Shown: one piece after another, positions 25,542 to 26,455 of the stretch
Position numbering within the stretch: the first letter of the stretch is position 1
Layout of the letters: each line of letters starts with the position of its first letter
The notes under the pieces: generated by a model
Database searches by the model: none
Seen by the model: the letters and a program-made list of their open reading frames with translations, nothing else
Told to the model about the DNA's origin: nothing
Program-made: the position numbers and the translations under genes
From: an uncultured Candidatus Cloacimonadota bacterium
GTDB lineage: Bacteria; Cloacimonadota; Cloacimonadia; Cloacimonadales; TCS61
Assembly: GCA_964460095.1 (NCBI GenBank)
Contig: CAYWPW010000001.1
Span: forward strand, 1-26,455
DNA length: 26,455 nt
Direction of reading: 5' to 3'

Positions 25542-26213
25542 ATGAAAACGGTGGAAGAATATTTTGTTCAAGCAGAAAGCTTTAAAATGGCAGGAAAATT
25601 AAACAATGCTGCCAAAGAATATGAGCAAATTCTGAAAATCGAACCGCAAAATATCCCTGCTCTGATGAATCTTGGAAACTTATTTTTCATGCTGGGTTTT
25701 CTGAAAAAATCTGTAGAATCATACGAAAAAGTCTTAGAATTAAAACCAAATTACAGTTATGCTCTTTACAGACTTGGGATTTCATATTACAGGTATGCCC
25801 AATTCAGAAAAGCAATTGATACTTTCAAACAAGTTTTAACCCAGGATTCAGAACTTTACATGGCTTATAATTGGCTCGGATTATGTTATTATCATCTTGG
25901 CAGAGAAGATAAAAGCATCGAAGCATATTCAAAACTGTTGGAAAAAACGCCCGAACCTTTTATCGTAAATTACCACAGAGCTATTGCTTACAAATCCACC
26001 GGTGATTATGATAAAGCAATTACAGGTTTTTCAAATTTAATTAAAATTCATCCGGACCATGTTTCAGCTCATTATCACCTGGGGCTGGCTTATCTACACA
26101 ACCATGAAATTTATAAAGCGATTCAGATATTTAGAAAAGTTTTGAAACTCAATCCGAAACATAAAGGAGCTGCAGAAAAAATCGAATATCTTACTGACGT
26201 TCCATCAATATAA
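25542..26213 (+). CDS. Tetratricopeptide-repeat protein (paralogue of 9753-10577)
   Basis: About six TPR units. It shares LYRLGISY and LYMAY.W.GL.YYH.GR with the first TPR protein. Confidence 0.85.
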   Translation: MKTVEEYFVQAESFKMAGKLNNAAKEYEQILKIEPQNIPALMNLGNLFFMLGFLKKSVESYEKVLELKPNYSYALYRLGISYYRYAQFRKAIDTFKQVLTQDSELYMAYNWLGLCYYHLGREDKSIEAYSKLLEKTPEPFIVNYHRAIAYKSTGDYDKAITGFSNLIKIHPDHVSAHYHLGLAYLHNHEIYKAIQIFRKVLKLNPKHKGAAEKIEYLTDVPSI

Positions 26214-26285
26214 GATTTTAGCCACGAATCCGTTAAATGCTGGAGGAAATACTACAGGATGACTTGAGTTAAGACGGAAGATATT

Positions 26286-26455
26286 CTAATTAATCAAGTT
26301 AACAATCATCTTAACGATGATATCTTTGTCTTTTGGATTACTTTCAGCGACCATCAGGCATAAAGCTACCAAAGTATTATCAGAAATCCTTTTAATGTAG
26401 TTTTCTTTATAAAGGATGTCATTAATTTTTAGAAACCAGATAAATATAAAAGCTG
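26286..26455 (-). CDS. C-terminal 55 aa of a RhuM/Fic-DOC-family protein, truncated by the window edge
   Basis: The minus strand reads AFIFIWFLKINDILYKENYIKRISDNTLVALCLMVAESNPKDKDIIVKMIVNLIN*. I recognise this from memory as the C-terminus of RhuM/Fic-DOC proteins. It is below the ORF-track cutoff. Confidence 0.6.
   Translation of the reverse strand, partial: AFIFIWFLKINDILYKENYIKRISDNTLVALCLMVAESNPKDKDIIVKMIVNLIN

Overview
An AT-rich bacterial window (Shine-Dalgarno sites of the GGAG/GGAGG type) holding one co-oriented (+ strand) central-metabolism cluster of about 26 kb. Gene order: 5'-truncated fumarate reductase/succinate dehydrogenase-family flavoprotein; GlcD-like FAD oxidoreductase; an Fe-S adaptor; MvhD; an HdrD/GlcF-like CCG protein; group 3c [NiFe]-hydrogenase MvhG/MvhA and its protease; sucCD; TPR protein; split class I fumarase; two malate dehydrogenase paralogues; a LarA-family racemase; a cysteate synthase-like PLP enzyme; malic enzyme; PEP carboxykinase; a terminator; eukaryote-type citrate synthase; aconitase; NADP isocitrate dehydrogenase; a second TPR protein. 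The 3' end of a convergent RhuM/Fic-like gene sits at the right edge. Every TCA step except the 2-oxoglutarate:ferredoxin oxidoreductase/dehydrogenase is represented. The cluster has citrate synthase but no ATP citrate lyase and is physically linked to an H2-oxidising module, which suggests a possible H2-driven reversed (roTCA-type) cycle. The most unusual signals are: (1) an Mvh hydrogenase module with no HdrA in the window, apparently wired to a GlcD-type flavoprotein through a chimeric adaptor whose fusion to MvhD is broken by one base; (2) a 34-residue CxxC...CxxC rubredoxin-like insert next to the active-site Ser of IDH; (3) a coenzyme M-pathway-type cysteate synthase and a Ni-pincer racemase inside a TCA cluster. 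Smaller signals are a covarying REP-like palindrome family, a decayed fumB relic and paired TPR paralogues. All calls rest on motif recognition by eye; no database searches were run and functions are inferred.
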